DNA from: Macrostomum hystrix
Lineage: Eukaryota; Animalia; Platyhelminthes
Reading direction: 5' to 3'
NCBI GenBank assembly: GCA_950097015.1
Contig: CATNEN010000025.1
Coordinates: 1,922,001 to 1,986,000 of the forward strand
Length of the DNA: 64,000 bases
Part shown: positions 60,750 to 64,000 of the stretch, piece by piece
Layout: each line of letters opens with the position of its first letter
How positions within the stretch are numbered: position 1 is the first letter of the stretch
Made by a program: the position numbers and the translations under genes
Notes under the pieces: model-generated
Seen by the model: only the letters and a program-made list of their open reading frames with translations
What the model was told of the DNA's origin: nothing
The model's database searches: none

Positions 60750-63700
60750 CAGGGACTGCGCTTGCTTGGAGCCAGGCACGCGACTCAATGCACCGACATG
60801 AACGGTAATGCGAGTTCTTGATCATACGAATGTACAACCACCGTTTTCCTGACCAGAATAGGCTACGAGTATGAAGCACCGTTCTGTTCCGTCGAAATGA
60901 TTTTTAAAGTGTTTGATTTATTTGCGAAAGCTGAAAGTTTTCGACGGAAAGCCTTCTAAAACTTTCTTCTAAACCCAGCAAGCGCAGGGGGGTTGTAGCC
61001 TAGTGGTTAGAGCTTCGGATTCACGACTTGAAGGTCGGGGGTTCGATTTCCGACTCCATTGGAACTATTTGTGTCCTTTAGCAAGACACTTTACCCTGCA
61101 TTGCTTCAGTTCACCCAGCTGTTAAATGGGTACCTGCATCAGCTGGGGTATTTGAGGGTGGGTGTGGCGTCCCCCCAGTCCATGGACTGAACAGCCGTAC
61201 GCAGCTTTCAGATTCGCCGCGCAATAGCTGCTGCTGTGCTGTCGGCTGCACATCTGGCCAAATTAGGACAAGTGCAATCAATTAAGAATCTATTATTATT
61301 TAAACACAGCTCAGTAGCTAAAACGAAGATAACTGATTCAGCTTTCTAGACAAGCAAGAATTTTGAAATCCCGTTAAACTGATACTGAAGTACATTATTT
61401 TTCTGAAAGTGTATCAGAACTCGCGAATGCGCGCCAAAGAAATGCGGGATTCGAGCTCAGGGACCCTCAAGCTCAAAGCCCTTCATTAACAGCAACCAGT
61501 TTTTGATGTTTACATCGCCTGGAACCGTCTCACGAACCACGTCTCCGCAGCCTCGCTGTACAGCCACCGGGTGCAGGCAGCGGCAGTCTCGGACAGCCTG
61601 CAGGCCACGGAGTTCTCGGCCACCGGCCCCACAAACCTGACCGGACACTTTGAGTTTGAGCACAGTCTCACACCCGCTGACACACTGCTCATCCTGCTAG
61701 GCGACGCGGAGGAGTTCGGCCCGGGGCACGAGTGCCGCAGGCTGGCCGTCTGCAGCCAGTCAGCCGACGGCCAGCGACGCCGGCTGCGGCTCAGCGTCAG
61801 TCTCCGTCCCGACAGGTCCTACACGATGAAGATCTTTAAGCTGGCCAACGGCTCCGTGCTGTGCGAGCCGCCGAAGGTTCGATTCTTCTTCACCAGATCA
61901 ACCGCGGCCGAGCGGCCTCTTCTGCAGCTGGCGGCTCGGCGCTGCGGCCGCTGCGGTGATGGCCGGCCCGACGCTGACTTCGGCTGCGAACTGGACGCCT
62001 ACCTGCTGGCGGACCGGCCGGAGCGGCTGAGGCTCAGAGTTACCGGGGATCTGGGAGAAAGAAGCGAGAAACTGCTATTTTATAATCGCAGTCTGCAGGT
62101 GAGAGCGATGAGCAGAATTAGCAGAGTTGGGGATTAGAAGCAGATTCCTAGAATATAAAAAAGGAATTAGTGAAAGGGGAGAATGGAGAGAAACAAAAAA
62201 GGAGAGTGCGGATAAACAGAAGGGAAATGGAGGATTAGCACGAGAGAGAGTTGGGGTTAGCTTCAGGGAGAGTTGGGGTTAGCTTCAGGGAGAGTGGGGA
62301 TTAGCTTAAGGCAGAGTGGGAACTTGCAGGAGGGGAGTGTAGTGAATCATCAAATTTAATTCAACAAGTCAGATAACAACAACCTTTACCTCAGGTAGGA
62401 AATGCCTGGTCGAAGGCCAAACTGTCCATGCAGATCCGCAGCAGGCAGTTGAGTCTTCATGTGAGCACACAATTTAGCCCAATAAATTGATAATTTGAAT
62501 ATGTGCCTCACTCTTATATAGTTTAGAACTTATATTTTCATTCCTCTAAACCGCAGTTTTTTAGAGACAGTTCGAAGCAAGAATCTCGGGAATTTCGTCG
62601 CCATTTTTATTTAATCAGCAAACTGGGTGAGCATTGGTATAGTTAGCTGCTGATATACTGTAAGATTTGTCTGATATACTGTGAATGCGATGGTCTTAAA
62701 AGCTCGAAAGAGTCGGTTAGAAAAAAGTACAAAAGTGTCGGTGAGATCGAAAACTGAAAAGTGTCGGTAAGATCAAAGACTGAAAAGTGTCGGTGAGATC
62801 AAAGACTGAAAAGTGTCGGTGAGATCAAAGACTGAAAAGTGTCGGTGAGATCAAAGACTGAAAAGTGTCGGTGAGATCAAAGACTGAAAAGTGTCGGTGA
62901 GATCAAAGACTGAAAAGTGTCGGTGAGATCAAAGACTGAAAAGTGTCGGTGAGATCAAAGACTGAAAAGTGTCGGTTAGATCAAAGACTGAAAAGTGTCG
63001 GTGAGATCAAAGACTGAAAAGTGTCGGTAAGATCAAAGACTGAAAAGTGTCGGTAAGATCAAAGACTAAAAAGTGTCGGTGAGATCAAAGACTGAAAAGT
63101 GTCGGTTAGATACAAGTACAGAAAGTGTCGGTGAGATCAAAGACTGAAAGTGTCGGTGAGATCAAAGACTGAAAAGTATCGGTTAGATAGAAGTACAGAA
63201 AGTGTCGGTGAGATCAAAGACTGAAAAGTGTCGGTTAGATAGAAGTACAGAAAGTGTCGGTGAGAAAAAAAGCCAGAACGTATCAGTGAGATCACAGGCC
63301 AAAACTATAGGTGAGATAAAAGTACAGAATGATTCGGGGGGGATTGATTAAGAATCAACAGTGTCAACGTCAAAATGAAGAAGACGGTATTATTTAACAA
63401 GGAAAAATTATCTGGCATGCTTCATCCCTAGACCGGAGTCTTCAGAATCCAACCCTCTGCAATGCCGCGGAGCCACTCGCAGTCTGTCCAACTGTGATGC
63501 CGCCAACTGCAGCCCAGTTCAACGCTCTCAGGTCATCGATGTCGGCCGTGGCTGTTCAAGCATCAGCAGCTGTGGCAATACGTACCACCGTGTTGCTAGT
63601 CCCGGCGATCGCACTGGCGCTCGTACTCGCGCTCTACCAGACGATAAAAATTCGCCGCCTCGGATGGCCTCCGGCGAGATTCGAGCGACGCTTGATCACC

Positions 63701-64000
63701 CTGGTGCTGCCTGCCGATGGCCGACGTCGTAAGTCGGTGTCGCTGCTCCGGCTGCGTCGCCAACTGACCGCAGCTCCGGGTGTTGAAGTCCGCGCTGTTG
63801 TTGGCCTCCGCTGCCTGTCGCGAAGCCTTGCGGGCCAGTCCAGCTTGATCGTGTTCATCAGCTGGGACGCCAGCTTTGCCAGCCTGCGGTTCTCCGACAG
63901 CGGCCTGTCCGTTGAGACGCAAAGAATGCTTAGAACTCTGCTGCTGGCTGAGAAGCATCGGGTGCGGGGATTTTACACCGACCTGAAGGTCGAGAATCCC
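60750..64000 (+). CDS. Single-pass membrane protein, possibly IL-17-receptor-like (SEFIR/TIR-like tail); predicted exons ~60750..60804, 61500..62098, 62395..62460, 63446..>64000; partial at both ends
   Basis: Exons have phase-compatible GT/AG borders. The last exon frame is open to the window end and encodes TM TTVLLVPAIALALVLALYQTI followed by RRLGW..RLITLVLPADG..LLRLRRQL..GVEVRAV..SLIVFISWD. The domain call is a pattern guess. Confidence 0.55.
60988..61300 (+). mobile_element. tRNA-derived SINE family A, full length, intronic
   Basis: GGTTGTAGCCTAGTGGTTAGAG..GGGTTCGATTTCC head, GTGTCCTTTAGCAAGACACTTT central block, TATTATTATT tail; matches 9994-10310. Confidence 0.85.
62725..63270. repeat. 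26-bp minisatellite (GACTGAAAAGTGTCGGTGAGATCAAA) in the receptor-gene intron
   Basis: GTGTCGGT at 62761, 62787 and 62813; about 20 units. Confidence 0.93.

Noticed and set aside
63596-63958. - strand 120-aa ORF listed in the track
   Set aside because: It is antisense to a longer + strand frame with a clear TM segment and compatible splice acceptor.

Overview
Eukaryotic genomic DNA, most likely a free-living flatworm such as Macrostomum (inferred from GC-rich exons, minisatellite-filled introns and acceptor-first gene starts). Five host genes lie on the + strand: a SLC7/CAT transporter (3' part), LSG1, an APMAP/strictosidine-synthase-like gene, PIF1 and a C17orf98/SPMAP1-like gene. Three lie on the - strand, converging on them: YIPF6, an RPL7-like gene and ABI. 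At the right edge is a partial + strand single-pass receptor with a possible SEFIR/TIR-like tail that the ORF track misses. Mobile DNA comprises: three copies of a ~2.3 kb non-autonomous Helitron (one in LSG1 intron 1, two as a seamless head-to-tail dimer), each carrying a hAT-type MITE; two tRNA-derived SINE families; and a ~14.5 kb nested stack in APMAP intron 2. That stack holds a CACTA/EnSpm-type transposase split exactly by a second 6.65 kb CACTG element, plus a LINE fragment, a C2H2 zinc-finger pseudogene and orphan ORFs. Almost every intron or spacer carries its own 15-61 bp minisatellite, and several units contain splice-signal motifs. PIF1 and APMAP appear to lack a genomic ATG and begin in phase 0 right after a splice acceptor, which fits a spliced-leader-donated AUG. 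All exon boundaries and homology calls were read by eye and have not been checked by database search.
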